Shown piece after piece: positions 24,551-39,739 of a stretch of 64,000 nt of DNA. Position 1 is the stretch's first letter. Each line of letters begins with the position of its first letter. The position numbers and the translations under genes are program-made. The notes under the pieces were generated by a model. It ran no database searches. It saw only the letters and a list, made by a program, of their open reading frames with translations, and was not told the origin of the DNA. The stretch comes from Phoronis australis (lineage: Eukaryota; Animalia; Phoronida): contig NMRA01000273.1 of assembly GCA_002633005.1 (NCBI GenBank), positions 315,555 through 379,554 of the forward strand, read 5' to 3'.

Positions 24551-26707
24551 CGTAGACAAGTACGTGCTGGAGTGTGTCCTGCAGATTCCTCAGAATACGA
24601 TTGGTCGAGTAGGGGGTCATCGTCGTAAGCGCTACGGATTTGACTTAAGACAGCATCTTCTGATTCTTCTGAGTTCCACCTCCACTGTTCTCCGATTTAA
24701 TGTTGCCGGGAAGGGGCCTTGCCCCCCATTTGGTCGCGAAAAATAAACTCTAAAATGACACAGAAATAAATTTGGACATTTATCATGTTACATCTAATCA
24801 TGAGCATATTCTTTAATGTGTGTGTTGGGCACAGAAATTAAATTTTTCCTCATGAGGAAAGCTTTTAGACCTTTTTCGTAACTGTATGCACTGATTCTAC
24901 TAGTGTATGCCATTGTATACCCACGTGATCAAGGTTTCATTGAAGCACTCCAATAGTTTCTTTGTTGGATTTACCCAGTTCGACACAGTGGGGTGCCTTT
25001 AATACTTTAAACCTGGTTTTACTAAACCAGCTCCCTGGTCTAGCAAAACCAGGCTTTCAGACTCTTAAACCATGTTGGTGAAATGCAGGCCAGGTCTAAA
25101 ATTATACCAGGTTTAGGAAGACCAGGTTTAAGTCTTAAACCTAGTTTTGTTAAACCAAAATCGGTTGTAAGTGTCTAGTTCTGCGCGGGAACAGTAACAT
25201 GTGACCTGTGTTCAGGTACCTGTGGCTAACGTACATTCACATGCAAATATATACATTCATATGCAGAGGTACACATTCTTACAAAAACAGTGTACTCGTC
25301 GTACACTGTGACGCGGCCCGCTCTTACCTACACACTGACGTGTGGTGATAAAAAATAAAATAAAACTGCATAACATTTGAGATACCCAAAAGATGCTGAA
25401 GATTTTTTACTTATTTCCACTCTTTTATGTTGGCAACCGCCAATCCGAGTCATTCACACGACTATCGTACAAATTGTCAATCAACGTATATTTTGGTGCG
25501 TATATGTCGTACTTTGGTTCAGTGGTCATGACTACAAATTAATAAAGAGATAAGAAACGAAAAATGGCGGTAATAAATATTTATTTTTCATGAGCATTTG
25601 CATTCACGCGTATACTCCGAGGCTGTACTCAGTTTATGCTCCTGCTCTCTAAGCCTGCGATTTATTCCGACGCAACTCGGAAACTAAACAAAGAAACAGC
25701 AACATGATAATAACAATAAAATCAAAAGTTTTAGAAAAACATGTTCAGAATACCAATCAGCCCTACAACTGAACTAAGGCTTGTCCAAAGTTAACTCCTA
25801 CCAGTGGGGGAATCAAAGACCACGACGATGGTTTCAATATTTGTGCGCCGCCGGCTACAGCTACAGGACAAATTATTTCTAAACGAGTTGTCGCTAGGTT
25901 TGAGGGTTGCGTGGACCTTACTGTTAAACAAGTGCCACTTGCCCCATTTTGAAGACGGTTCGCGAGTGTGCAGAAGCTTAATTAATAGACATTTCAATAA
26001 ATAAACTAATTAATCCACGTACTGTGGTACCATTGTTGTATTATAATGGAACTAACTGTGACTACTGTTCAAAGCGCAAATCCTGCACGGAAATCTGTGG
26101 AGTTTCAAAACCCTGTTTCGACGGAACACTTATCATAACACAGGTACCAGTCATGCATAATGCTTAATGGATTTCAGGCAGTGATGAAAAGTTAAAAAGA
26201 TTTCGTCTCCTCCTTGATTATAAATATATGATTATTCCAGTCCTGAAGCTCGCGGATTTTTCAGCCAAACCCGCTCTTTATATTAAAAGAGATTTGCATT
26301 CAACCTGTTTCCTGTCGGAGACAATTTGAAGCCTACGACAAACATTTCTAACACCAGTTTATATACATTAATCCCCAGGGTAATGTTAAGTAAACTTATC
26401 TTTATCCCGAACTGCATAATTTCAATAAACTTTAAGTGCAACAGCTTAACGCTTCTATTTTCTTCGATGAGCTCCACGACGTGTCAGATTCAAAAAGTTC
26501 GACATTTCACAAACTTAGGCGATTGGTATTCTTTCAAAATTAACTGAGCTTATTTCGAACTATCTGGGCCCCACTTGTGATCCACGTGTGTGCTACCGGC
26601 AAGTTTCCTAACATGAGTATGGAATGTGGGCCTGTTAGTTGACACAACAAATCACAATTTTACCTTATCAAGCTGTGTTCAAGAAATGACACACTTTGCA
26701 TTACACA

Positions 26708-26780
26708 TGTATATAGATATATGTATGTATGCGTGTGTGTGTATGTGTGTGTATGTGTGTATGAATATGTATGTGTGTAT
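26708..26780. repeat. (TG/TATG)n microsatellite
   Basis: Direct inspection. Confidence 0.85.
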
Positions 26781-28072
26781 AGAATACTAAATGTAGTTAT
26801 AACTTATGCATTAATTTACCATTTTGTTATCATGTTGTATTCTATGCAGTATTGATATGGAGTNCGCAACCCCTCCCTCCCACTCTCTCTCCCCATTCTT
26901 TTGACTTCTCTCTATCTCCATTTATCAATATACATAGTTGATATTAACATGTTATCACAAACGCCCACCTGCTTTCCTGTCAAATTATCAAGTTAGTAAT
27001 ACGATAGATATACTAATAAATTTGATACACGGTAACGCTGTGAAGAACAGCACAATCAATAAGAATAGTTGGTCTTATCTTCAGAGAAAATAAGTTGTTA
27101 CACCTTAAAGATTGCCAATATCTAAATTCTCAGAAATGGGTAGAATATATAGAAAAGGTTTGTTTTATTTATTAACTACATTTGAAGGGTATAGCCTGCT
27201 CAGTCAATAGTCGTTTTCAACACCTACAACTCTCCTGTGAAATTACACACTATTACACGCTGGTTTGTACACGGGCGGCGAAAGCTTGCAAGACTTTCTA
27301 AAAATATCAGCAGAGTTAAATTGGCATCTTTGGAAATACTCCCACTATTGTCCACTCATTGAAAATCATAAATCCCCCCTCTAACAGTCTTTCAAGTGAA
27401 AATAACAAATTTTTGAAAGATTGGCGAGGTCTTTCAAGTTGCGTTCGCTTCACACTATGACAGGTGATCTCCTTATTCATTTTGACGGTAAAGCTAAACC
27501 AATTGGTATTGTGGGAAGGTAATTTTTAGTCCAGTTTGTAAGACTTCATTACCCTATATATCGGTCAGATGTTGGCCTTAAGCAAGAAATAAATGAGTGA
27601 TTAGATAATTTTTCACGCGAAAACAGTTTTCCACATGTCATCTTTTTATTTATATTGGTGTTGGCCTGCCTCGAATATCATCCTTTGCTAATGCTTAACT
27701 AAGTCTAGATGTCATAACCTTACATCTGATACCAAATTATGAAATAAACAACACTGAAGTCAACTCCGGTGAAGCCGGGAAATTATCAGCATGACCCACA
27801 CGACCTTTCACCTCAAAATATAAACACGCACATGATTAATATCTTAAGTTTACAGATCTGAGTTCAAGACAATGTATTTTCAACTTTGAATTGGTGAAAA
27901 TGCTGAGCAGCTGTTCAAATGAATACAATATTCAGTTTAACCACGGAATACGAGTAAACGAAGAACTCGTTGTACTGGTGAGGACACGGTGTAATCAGGT
28001 CACACACAACCGTACTTGTATTCATACACACTACATTTTACGGCAAGAGGGAATGTCAGGAGTTGCTCTCGA

Positions 28073-28151
28073 ATGGATGTGGTTTTTATGGCGTCGAAAA
28101 ACCCTTGGGTCCGGTTTTTACTGCCATTAGTTTTCCTGGGTGTTTCTAGTG
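28073..28151 (+). CDS. Signal-peptide exon 1 of Ig-superfamily receptor gene
   Basis: MDVVF-MASKNPWVRFLLPLVFLGVSS with a hydrophobic core, ending G|GTGAGT. The phase-1 donor matches the phase-1 acceptor at 52427. Alternative ATG at 28088. Confidence 0.6.
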
Positions 28152-31100
28152 GTGAGTTTTTATGTATGATATTTTATCAGCTTAGAACCACGCGCTGGGT
28201 TGACACCGACATGAAAACATTCAATAAGTCAACTCAGAACATGGCCGTGTGCGCGTGCCGTTTTTTTTGGTTGACTTGCGCCAACATTTCTTCGTAGATT
28301 TAGCAAGTGCAAATCCAATACGTCTGACTTGCAGTTACCTAACGTTGGCGGCTCATCGGTTTAGCTACAAATATGTCAAGTTTCCTTCAATGCCGCACTT
28401 GCACTGAGCCATGAACCATGTATCCAGTTTGATTCCCTGTTTTTTTTGTGGTAGGCCTATGTAGGCTACCATCGCATCTATCTGGTTGCTTATCCGTTGC
28501 CTGCAATGTTTTCTTACGAATACCCTATGTAACCTTATCTTATCAGACTCTTAGCACTTGCTACCTAGAGACAAGCTATGAAATGAAATTGACTGCATGG
28601 TTTCCAAGTTGTGTTCTAGATTCTTCTGCCTAGGATTTAGCCAGCTATCTAGTATTCTAGTAGACAGTGCCACAGTATCTACTGTGCCCAGGAGGAACGC
28701 TAATGATTCTGTATAGGCGCTTCATACGCCAGAAGCTTTTCGGCAAATTATGCCTCACACAGATTAAGAGATAAGTTCAACCTTTTTTGAGCAGTCCTGG
28801 CCTTCGTTCAGTTGCCCAAATCGGCAACTAAAAAGTTTTACACTGCGTCCGCTCTTGTCGACTTGAAATCGTATGCTTATGCAGGCGCAGGTGTTATTTA
28901 CTTTAATTTTTTGCATCATCTTTCGGGAGATGATGACAACGTTGCAGAAGCAAAATTGGTCAGAAATACGGTTTTCTGATTCTTAAGTGCTGGTAAGTTG
29001 TTGTGAATTGTCCGCAGTGTTGTGGAATAAGAACAGAATTAGCTAAAAGAATTATCAGCCAATAGGTGACGCTCCATTTCTAGGCATTGTATGACGGTAC
29101 GTATTATCACGCCAAAAATTTAGTAGTAAAATAATGTTAGAAGGGAACTGTTTTAGAGCTAGTAACTAATTTGGTTTTAACTCGAGGAATAGTTGTTTTT
29201 AATGACATTATTCATAACCAGAGATGCTCATTAGAACAAAATCTGAAAACTGAGTTTGACTGAAGTTATTACTCTGCAATGATCATAGGTAGTCCAGTAT
29301 GAATAAAATTGCCCTAGGCCTCACTTGGCTCAGATTAATCAACCATGCATTCATAGTGTCATAAACAAACTTGCTCTTCATTGAAAAGGTGTATTTGTAC
29401 AATACATGAACATGGCAATTAAAAAGGTTATCATGAATCATGAGTGCTCTTGGTTATTATCTCCTTGCTTTAGTATTGTTTTGTTTAGGTAAACACAATG
29501 GTGCCTTGGGGGATCTGCTGAAGATTTTCATAACAAGATTAACTTACCTCAGTGGTCACCAGATGTCACTTTGAGTATGTTGAATCAACATAGGAAAATT
29601 ACTGTACTTGTTGGCAGATTTTTTTAAGTGATTTTTAATGCAAATAAGGGTTCTGGCAATATCTTCTGAGATTGTTGTATACCAGCAACGCTCACTGATT
29701 GGCTAGATCTTATCAATATTCGGTTTGCAAGCTATTGTGCGTTTGGCTAAATCTGGTTCATGCACAGATCCTAACCACCTCACTATTGGCACTAATTGTT
29801 TGTGGCAGTGTTTGTGTCAAATTTTGCTTGGCAAATTTTTACCCACATGGTTCCTAAGCCGTATATATTTATTCAGTTTCGTATTAAGGCTACCTTGTAT
29901 TCTGCTGACTTTTTCCCTTTATTGCTCTCTGAAAATTCCGTGAAAAGAAAACTTGATTCATAACAGTTCTGTTGACCTCGTAGGTTAAGTAGTGACACAG
30001 TGTGCTTGGTTTTCAGAAATGGAATTGTCTTTTTAACATGACTGATGATAAGTTACAAATAACCTTATTGAAAGCAGCTATCTGTATTCAAATTTTAAAC
30101 TTCGAATCGCACATTTGCTGATGTTGCTTTGATGTAATCAATTTTGTAGTGTACTATTCAATAAATTTTGGACTGTTTTATAGTAATTATGTTTCACTCT
30201 AATTAAATTACTATTAGGAAATCTTTGATACGCACAAAAAATTTGGCACGGAATCTCCAACTACTTCATAACAATGTGTCAGCTTAGTTCTACTCAGCAT
30301 GTCGGCGATGTTCAAAATTGTGCAAAATGGGTTTTAAAAACTAATTATTTATGATATAATTTCCATTACCAGCGCTAGACTTGGATACAATTAACAGTTT
30401 GCATGTAGGACTCATATACCTGCTTCTTTCATTACCGACCTTACGTGGATATAGAATTTCAAAATTTTTTACCATTTTTTTGATGTTTTGATCTCTTAAT
30501 CGTTAATTATTGATGTTCACAGAAGGGAAAAAATGAAATTATTCTGAAAGCCCAAGTTGTAAACTCCCTGATTGGTAAGTGGGTGAAGCTTATGCAGTGA
30601 GGAAGTCTAATCTAATCCTGTTAACAAACATTGTGTAACATGGGTTATTATGGGGGCAATCATAGTGCCTTAACAGGTGATCAGCTCAAACTGTTGTTGT
30701 AAGCTGTCAAGTAATCATGGGTCATAGAAAACAAGAAAGGGTGTTGAGCCTTTTTCAAGTGACAAGAAGTAAGATGATGCCTGTGGACTTCAGGACAGAA
30801 AGTGGGGAGGGAGGGGCTGTTAGTGGATGATGGGCACACGTTAGACTGCACTGTCAAGAATTATCAGGTCGGGGTCCCGTTTTTTGGAGATGGTGACATT
30901 GCAGCGTTTTCATGGGACACGTGCAAAAGAGACTACCGTAGGCACCAGACTGAGTAGTCACCACTTACAAAGGTAATGTCCTGTAAAATTCTACCTGCTG
31001 TATAAGTTAAGCTTAGTTGAACTCAAGTCTCTTTCGTCTCATTAAGAGCATAATAATATCTACCTGATGTTAACTAAGTGTAATTGTGCTACTACCCTCA

Positions 31101-31339
31101 GTTTACTGTTGCTAGTGTTGTAATAATTACCATTACCAGATAGCTGTGTTACAAGTATTTTGCTGCATAGAATTGGGCTGCTTGAAAACGTGTTTGTTAA
31201 ACATGTTATTTTAGGTAGAGCTCAAGGTGAGGGGAAGGGGATTTGGGGCCAGAGCACCCGACCAAGACTCGCATTTTTGGTTTTCAGTGCGTTAGACAGA
31301 ACCCTGGGAACCCGGAAAATTATGGGTCAGCGTGCACGA

Positions 31340-31830
31340 TTCTAAAGCACTATGTAGAGACGGCAAATCACAGCCATTGTCCTCGTGGTAAGAGTAGCTG
31401 TAAGTTCCAAGCTGATATCGCTACAGGATCTAGTAATCATCACGAAGTTAAACCGCTACCAGATGTCACCGTGAATATATTAAAACCCATGTCTGACCAG
31501 TTGTCATCTACTGATTTACTTCGTGAATATGTAGATGTTGTGTCTCAAAACAAGAATGATTGTTTTTATACAACAGTCTGGAAGGTAGTACCGAAGATCA
31601 GTATCATGGAAGCGAGGCGGTGAAATTGCTTGTCATTGTGTTATTCAACGATGGGCTTATGGAAATGGTCAAGTAGGTGTTCAGTGCTGCAAACATTGAG
31701 CACTCGGCCTATCACTGAATAATGTTTGTCGCCAGTTGATAATGAGCATCAGAAGGTGCAAAAAGTGAGGGCTACAAGAAAAGAAGAAAGACGAAAAGGA
31801 ATAACAGATACATTTAAAAAAGAAAGAACA
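31340..31830 (+). mobile_element. Degraded 'Mutator-like' DDE transposase C-terminal fragment
   Basis: HSHCPRGKSSCKFQ...LPDVTVNILKPMSDQLSSTDLL...SQNKNDCFYTTVWKVVPK resembles the H..CP.G..WC / TQN.NES...IW...PK signature and is followed by a Lys/Arg-rich tail. Confidence 0.7.
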
Positions 31831-33834
31831 AGTCAGGAGCATTCCATTCCAGTTGAGTGGCACTTGTGGCGTCTTGCAAGATCTGTATGAAAGACATTAT
31901 TATAGGTTTCAAAATTTTTCGCAAGCCTTGGATGTCAGGCTAAATTATACGTCATGAATTTCTCTTTTTATCAGGTTTGGAAGAATAGCTCTAAAGTAGA
32001 GAATTTCCCTTGGGGAGGCAGGAATAACAGCAACCTTCTGGTTTGATTTCCCTGTCCTTGAAATAAAACAATAGATATTAAATCTATTTGCATACCAAAT
32101 TTGAAAAAGTTCGGCCAACGTAATCCGAAAAATGGCATCACAGCGCAATCTTGTGTCTGATTTCGTCCAAGAACAGAAGTCCTTGGGCTATTGAAGAAAT
32201 AAACATTGTACATAAATTTCATTAAATATGGTAAGCTAACAAAACACATTTGTAATTAACTAGTCAACAAGAGAGCTCGATAACGTTAAGTTGTAGCAAG
32301 AAATGGATTTCACAATGCTGATAGTGCTTGAGAGATTCCCCGATAGCTCTGTTAATGATCTATCCAAAGAAAAAAATCCCATCTATAACCACACAACCAA
32401 AAAAGGAAAAAATGGCTGCCACAGTGCCATCTTGTTTCCAATCTTAATAAAAAACAGCAGGCTTATTTATACCCAAAAGTTTGGATCAAAAAGATTACTT
32501 CTAAGTAGATTTTTTAACTTCATCAAAGAATATTATATGAGTGAAAAGTATAATGCTCGTAAGGATTTGAATTTAGAATTTATACAAAAAAGATGGTGTA
32601 ACTTTGAAACGTTTTTTCTTAGCAATCAAGAGGATTAGTTGTGGGGTGTTTGTGTGTGTGCGTGTCTGGTGTTCTTTGTCTTTTTGTGGTATTGTAATGT
32701 TTTTCTCTTTGTCAATAAATATATATATATATATATATAAGAAAAAATAAAAAAAAACAGCAGGGTTCGAGCCATTGACTAAACACATGTTGTATATAAT
32801 TTCATGTTGATCCGATAAAAATTACCATCTGTAGCATACGAACAAAGAAACAAATAAACAAAAAAAATACGTCAAAGCAACATACTTGAAACATTCTTTA
32901 TTTTTCACAGCTTCAGAATCACATCTAACTAGTGGTAATGGTTTCGTTTCATATTTGCAAGGGGAACCTGCAAATATAGCCAGTGTATTATACACACACC
33001 TTCCTTAACCACATTTACAGTGGAGTCTCAATCAGATTGTTTGCAGGCTGGGAAGTTTTATCTCTGTTACCTTTAAATATTACAGGTGTCTGCATACCAT
33101 TCATAGACACCCTCCAAGTTAAACCAAGCCTTGTGAGTGTGTTGTAGGGTAATCAGCATTCTCACTGATTATTAAATTGCTTTGGCATAATGTTCTCACC
33201 CCAGCAAATAAGCATTTGAGAATACAATGGTATTGTCTGGAGGCAGTGGTGCACGAACACTGCAGCAGGGGGTAATAATAGGAAGAAATAAGTTATTGTT
33301 ACAAATGGTCTAGGGATACCTGCAGCTTCTGTCACTTCTGTGGGCAGAGTCAGAGGATATTGTTCTTTTGTTGTTTGGCTGTTTTTTGGAATTTGTCTCA
33401 AGTGTAGTGAAATATTCGAACACTGTGTTGGATCCATTCACTGTCATATTTAGGAGAATGTATTTAGTTATCACTCTATAACTAAAAGACATTTTTCCCG
33501 TCAAATGCAGAAGTGATAAGCATCTATCGCAATTTTTGAAGTTCCCTGGATTATTTTATTTAAAAAAGCTAAAGTTTTCACGCATAATGGAAACAAAGAA
33601 TATTTTGAAAACGAATAGCAGTTAGCACGATTGTGGTGTAACTGTCAATCTATTATTAAACACTACAAGTATTTAGGTGTTACAAGAGGAGCAACCTGTG
33701 TAAAGGGATCATTGATGTCATGTATCTAGGAACCAATATTGGTTCCAGGCTTGTATTACCGTACCTGCTGAATTACCAGTATCAAAATTGTCTACAAAAA
33801 TGTGCTGTACTCCATGCTCAGTAAACTGCATATG

Positions 33835-34075
33835 TCTACTTCCTGTTGTAATTTAAGCATGTTTGATTTGTACAGACTGTTGGGCATGGCAAATGCACTG
33901 ATTTCACAAAATAAATGGAACAGTTGTGAACTAAAAGTATTAAATCTAGGAATACTGTTAGTAATTTAAAATTTTGGAAGTCTGACTTTGATATTCGCTG
34001 TGGCCACTTCGTGGCAACATGGTATTTTTCTCAGGTCGCGAAACACAATCTCAAGTTGCATTGGAGAGCTGCTTG
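33835..34075. repeat. Dispersed repeat family, copy 2
   Basis: Collinear similarity with 9440-9740. Confidence 0.7.
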
Positions 34076-37000
34076 TCAGATGTACCAGGGTGATGCGATG
34101 AATGCTGCTGGCAAATTAAGAAACCCACCCTTTTAAAAGGTTGCCAATATGACACCCCATCCTTTTAGGTAGTACACATGACTAAAATGGGCCCATTTGT
34201 TGGGAGCTTTTATGAAAAGGTCGTCTATCGGTAGATTGCCTTTCCGTACGACATGTTCCTTGAACTAAAACTGAATAAAAAATTCTTTGTACTGTTTTAT
34301 TTAATGCAAGAAATCTCAATAAAATAAGACACTTCTGTAGAGTTCGTACAAAAATTGCTCCTCAAACTAGGCATTAGCCATTTGGAAGAGAACTCTTAAA
34401 AGTGTAAAGGCATGCTTTCGTTCAGGAACTTGGGGATCGTTGGCTGTGAAAAAGTCACCCATCTGGGACACCTACTTTGTACCTCCCCCAGTTAGTGTTT
34501 TCTGGACAGCATTGGTTAAAAGCATATTACCTGACACTTTGTGGTACAGTGGAAGTGGGAGGAGTGAAAGCGTTCACTGACCAATCAAAAATTGCATTTA
34601 CTCAAGGCCACATGTCCGTTCAGTCGTTAAACATGCTGTTTGAGCAGTGCAGCAATTATGCAGAATGTTTAACTAAACGTGTAAAAAGGACCAACAGAAA
34701 TCTTGGGTAGATGAACTGTTCGGTTGATTTGCGTTAACCGAATGAATAGACAAATCATTCAACTATCTTTTGAATGGTGCATGGGAATTTTTAATTATTA
34801 ATTAATAACAGGGGTACCTGTACAGATTGTTACTATTTGCCTGGAGCTTTTAGCTCATGTCAAGGGTGATAGGAGCCACAGTAAGATCAAGGAAAACCAA
34901 GCGGTGTTGATTATTATGGAAAAAAATTCCCGATGTCTTGCCCAATTCAGATTATTTTGACCCATGATGAATTTCATGCAAATTTAGTCGCCATTTTAAT
35001 ACTTGCTATGACTGATGTTGGCTAATATAAGGCTCATGCAACACAGTGCAGACAATGTGGCTCTTCTGAAATGGGCCTTACTTACAATCTGCATGCGTTT
35101 TCATGTTCGTTACAAAAGCACATAGCAAAGCAGTTGGGTAGTTTGACATCATTTTGACGACTAATCTGAACATTGATGTCACGTCCTTATCAAGAAGCAG
35201 GTGTTTTAGCAATAGCTAGGGCATAGCCTTTGCAGGGGCACGAAAATGGGCCATTTATAAAACCAGTAGTCCAATTCTGTGAATATAACTTGCATACTTG
35301 ACATAACATCAGAAATCTTCGCCTGTAAACGTCTTAAATGATGAATTGAACAGCTGGCCTTCTTGGCCCCCAGTAGTCCTGCCCTGTTAATGATTTGGTG
35401 ATTTGTCATCACAGGTGTGCTATTAATTACTAATAGGAGTATCTGTTTGTTAGAGTAAATATTGGGTGAAAGATGTGCTTCCTAGTTGAAAATTAAACCG
35501 ATCATTTCCTTTGGACTGTTCCTAAAGACAGACTCATTTACTTTGACATACAGAACCCCAAGCAGAATGCTGTACAAGTCACGTAGGTTTACATTTTCAG
35601 TAATTGGATCACCCATTTTTAGACCTCCCTGTAAGCATAGTTCGGGTGATATGTTGTTGAAGCATCTACTTGGGTGACTTATAGCCATTAGTGAACACTA
35701 GAAAAGCAGGACAACAACTTCCGGTTTATCAAATCCCACGTTTTGTGGGACAAGGCGGGCCGAGTTGATGAGATGACACGTAATTTCTTCCTCTCTGGTT
35801 TTGTTTTTGTACCCAATAGTATGCATCATGTGGGTGAACAAAATGCGTATAGAACTGAAGTTTGGTAACCTTCATTGGGCAACCTGCACATTTGTTTCTA
35901 GTGATACTTGCAATGGAGAATGTGACCATGCTGGATCAGGATCAGTATCTGCAATCTTATTGGATTTTTTTGTGCAAATATCAGTGGTGGTATCATTGTT
36001 AGAGTTCAACTGGGAGTTGAAGCCTCATGGTTACAGCATTAACTAACCTATTTGATTACAAATACTTTAACATTTTTAGCTGTTCTGCTGTAATTGTCCG
36101 TATTGTTTACTCTGTCGTGTTTCTCAAATCTCTGTTTTTGTTAAGTGCTGTTTAATAAAAGGTGCTCTATAATTACTGACAATAATGATAATAATATAAA
36201 TCATTGTTAAGTTGACTGCATTTTGTTTCTCATGAATGACGTTGTTTTCTTCCTTGCATGATACTCCCTTGGGGTTTACCTCGTGGTTAGAGGGCGCTTT
36301 ATTCATGAATGGGTGTCTGATAGAATGCAGACAGATGCAAATTAGTACGAGTATTCTTGAAAATATTACAATGAATTGTTTTTAACACCTTAAGGGATTT
36401 TGATGTTGGCGTTGTTCAGAGTAGCAGCGAGTGTAAGGGTTTCCCATAATAGCCCCTGCTTTTCTTAGATATTAGTCACAGTACAATCCTTGATCAAAAA
36501 AATGTATTTTGCAATACAAACATTGATGTTTTGTATTGAGTAAGTCAACAAAAACACATTTTATCTTCAAACTATCGTCCAAATATTGAGAAAATAGTTG
36601 TGTTGTGCTGTGCCAGAGAAACCTGCTTGCAGTTATTCAACGAAATGAGAAGCAAAAGATTTCTTTCTCCAACCATACAAATCCACATAAGAGTTCTTGA
36701 TATGAACTATAATATTGATAAAACTTGCAAAAGATTTACTCATTTTTCATTACACGCCGTCACTGTTTCCAATTTCAATGGTTTACAAATTCAGTCTCTA
36801 ACGTTCTGTACTGAAGGATTATGTTGTGTAATCCCTATGAAAGAGAAGTGTTTCTGGAACCTTCCTACAAATATGTCCTTTTGTGAGAACACTCTGACCT
36901 GGGTATTCTGATTTTGTTGTGCACCCATTGTCAAAAACAGTTCCTTAGAACACTGTGTTTCCAGGTCCAGAACTCTCTCCTGTTGTGAGTTAGGGACAGT

Positions 37001-37730
37001 TCAATATCAGTTTTATAGAATTCTGAATTAATGTTTCTGACTAGTCCATCTATCCTCTGTATCTCTTCTGCTTCTTACAGGATTTTTGTAAAATGTTTGT
37101 AGATATTTGTTCCCATTAAGTGGACGACGGGCAATGCTGGGCTTAAAATGAATCCATTTACCACTGTGTTCCTCGGTGGAAATTTTTGGTCTTACAAAGT
37201 TCCTGTACGGATTTATATGAAGTTTTGGGATATTGGTTTCTATTGGGGTGACGACAATACCTCTATTTTCCGCGTTTGCCTTTCTATTCGCCAGACTGCT
37301 TGAAGGATCACTGTGAAATTTCATAGTTTTTCTATGTGTTCCTTTTTACTTAAGCACAGTTTTTTGCTTCTTCCTCGGTATCTACCAAGTTCCTTTATGG
37401 ATCTTCCGTTGGCACCTGTTTCACCATTATATCTTTACTGTTTGTGATGCGCAAGGCTGGGTCTTATGGAACGTTTTTTTTTAACCTGTTTTTGGTCAGT
37501 TTAACAAATTATGCAACCTAATGTACTTGAACCTTTTATGGTGACTTATGGTTCTTGGAAGATGAAATTCTCACTTGGTCATGTCGTGGTTTGATACTTA
37601 TTTAATTGGATTTTATTGAAATTTTCTTAAATGATATAGTGTAAAAATGTTAAGTATGTCACACTGACCAGAAAATTTCATTGTACCTATTAAATTTCTT
37701 GATGTCTGGTAGGCAGGCCTGTTGGTGATG

Positions 37731-38330
37731 GTTATGCACCCGCATATTCACATGTGGGTGCTTATTGCTGTCTTGTTTCTGATGAGAGACAGGTTCTACT
37801 GGTCTGGCGTCCTCTAGTGACAATTGTTTTTTGTGTCCATGGCTGTATCTCCATAAATCTCTGAAGGAACTTTGTGAAATTTGGCCGATGTGTTCTTATG
37901 GAGATGGCTACGGATGACTGTGAGTTTCATACCAATCTGGCAACAGCCGTGCCCCTTAATGACAATTTTATTTTTTTATGTGTGCATCTGTGTCTTTGGT
38001 GTTCGTGAATAGATTTTTGTGAAATTTAGCTGATAGGTTTCAATGCCTTTTCATTTTCGGGCAGAATCTTTGTATTCTGCACCACATAGTTTTCAATTTA
38101 TAATTTGTTGTTTTTTTAGTGTCTGCCTGTTTATCTACCAATGACTCTGACTACCACAGTGCCCCCTAGTGACAATTTCAGTTCTTACATGTACCTCTAC
38201 ATCTTTTGACTTTGTAAGTGGGTTTCATGATATTTGGCATTTAGTTTTGTATTAGAGAGGTGACGACACCTTTCCAATTTCGAATGGGTTTGACATATTT
38301 TTCGCTATCTAATGACCATTTTTAACAAAC
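37731..38330 (+). mobile_element. HINE/Helentron-like element, 5' part with tandem subunits
   Basis: TTATGCACCCGCATAT..ATGTGGGTGC subterminal hairpin, followed by subunits with C.CTAGTGAC and AAATTTGG motifs shared with the 39.7-41.2 kb and 43.3-44.6 kb arrays. Confidence 0.6.
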
Positions 38331-39739
38331 ATCCCTAAAAACATGTTATTTGCGATACAGTTGTTCAACATTCCTCCTTGCTCTTGTTGTTTGTCATGTA
38401 CATCAACTTGGATGATTACTTCAGTTTGTGAGTCAAGTAACTGTAAAATAACATTAGAATTAAAGTTGTCATACCAGAGCCATGCAATTAGTGAATGCCC
38501 AAAGGGTGCACTCGAGAGGGAGTTGATGTTTTCCTGTTGAGGAAATTGCTAAACCACATTCACCTCATTATGAATGGAGTCTCTGTTCAAGTGTCTTCTA
38601 CTATAGTACTTGAAATGTAAATTTGTAGTTGTCAGTGGCGATGCTCTTGCCTGACACTCCGAAGTACTTTCCTTTTTTGCTCCATCCTGAAATGCATCGT
38701 GTCACTCTGATTATGCACCATTTTACCCACAATGCTGTGCAACTGTAGGGCATTATCCGATTGCTGCTGTGCTTTTGACTATGCTCATATTTCTTCAATT
38801 ATGAACACAATATTGTGGAACAGTGAAATTATATTGATGTAAATTTTCAGTCAACAAAAAAGAAGAAAGTTTTACTTGTTTATTACACAATTTATGTTAT
38901 TGGCCAGTTTGTAAAATTTTCAGCATTTATAACAATGTGGTGAGCTTTTAAAAAAGAGAAAAATGACTTACAACTTGCAATTACTTTTATTTCACTTTTG
39001 AGGAAACTTGATTCATGATTCTATTGCCATATTTTGCTATTGTGCTGTAGTTGCAATGCTGTCCAAAACGTTTGAGAAACTGAATGTGCAAAATATTCTT
39101 CAGTTGTCTGTTTTTTCTCCAAAGCGTGCAAGTTGACATTGCGTGTTTTTTCAAAATATTTCTGAACGCAGGACTTCGCTATTGCACATCATGTTTACTA
39201 AAAGACATCGCGTTAAAAAGTGTCTCCAGTTAAGCATACTTACGTACTGGATGACCCGTTGTGTAATAAGAAATGTGCAATATCTTGTGCTCGTGGTCAC
39301 TTTGTAGTCATGTGCTTCTGCTCTCAAATGGTTTTAAGTTGGAAATACGTGACAATGATATCTAAACTTCCACTCCGATGACGTATGGGGCTACATCTCC
39401 TATACTGCTCTGAGGATCGTTGTGAAAATGTATTCCTATGACACGGCCCTTGGTGCCTCGATTTCTTGGGTGAATGTGTTGATTTCATTCTGCGCTGAAA
39501 ATTATTTAAAAACCACATGAAATTTGCTGCATCAGGCCCAAAAATTCACCTCCAATAATTAAAAAAGGTTAGAATTACTTTTTAACTCGCACAGACCCTC
39601 ACTTCAGAAGGTTTTACCATACTTGTCCGGTTACCGGCCAGGGCGCTTAAATTGGGAATATAAAGAGCAGGGTGTGGGCAGTAAGCCGAGCATGGGCGGT
39701 TAAAATCAGAATTTTTGAAAAGTTGGAAGTGGGTGCTTA

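Noticed and set aside
27810-27830. TATA box (TATAAA) for the Ig-receptor gene
   Set aside because: A common hexamer in AT-rich DNA, with no TSS evidence.
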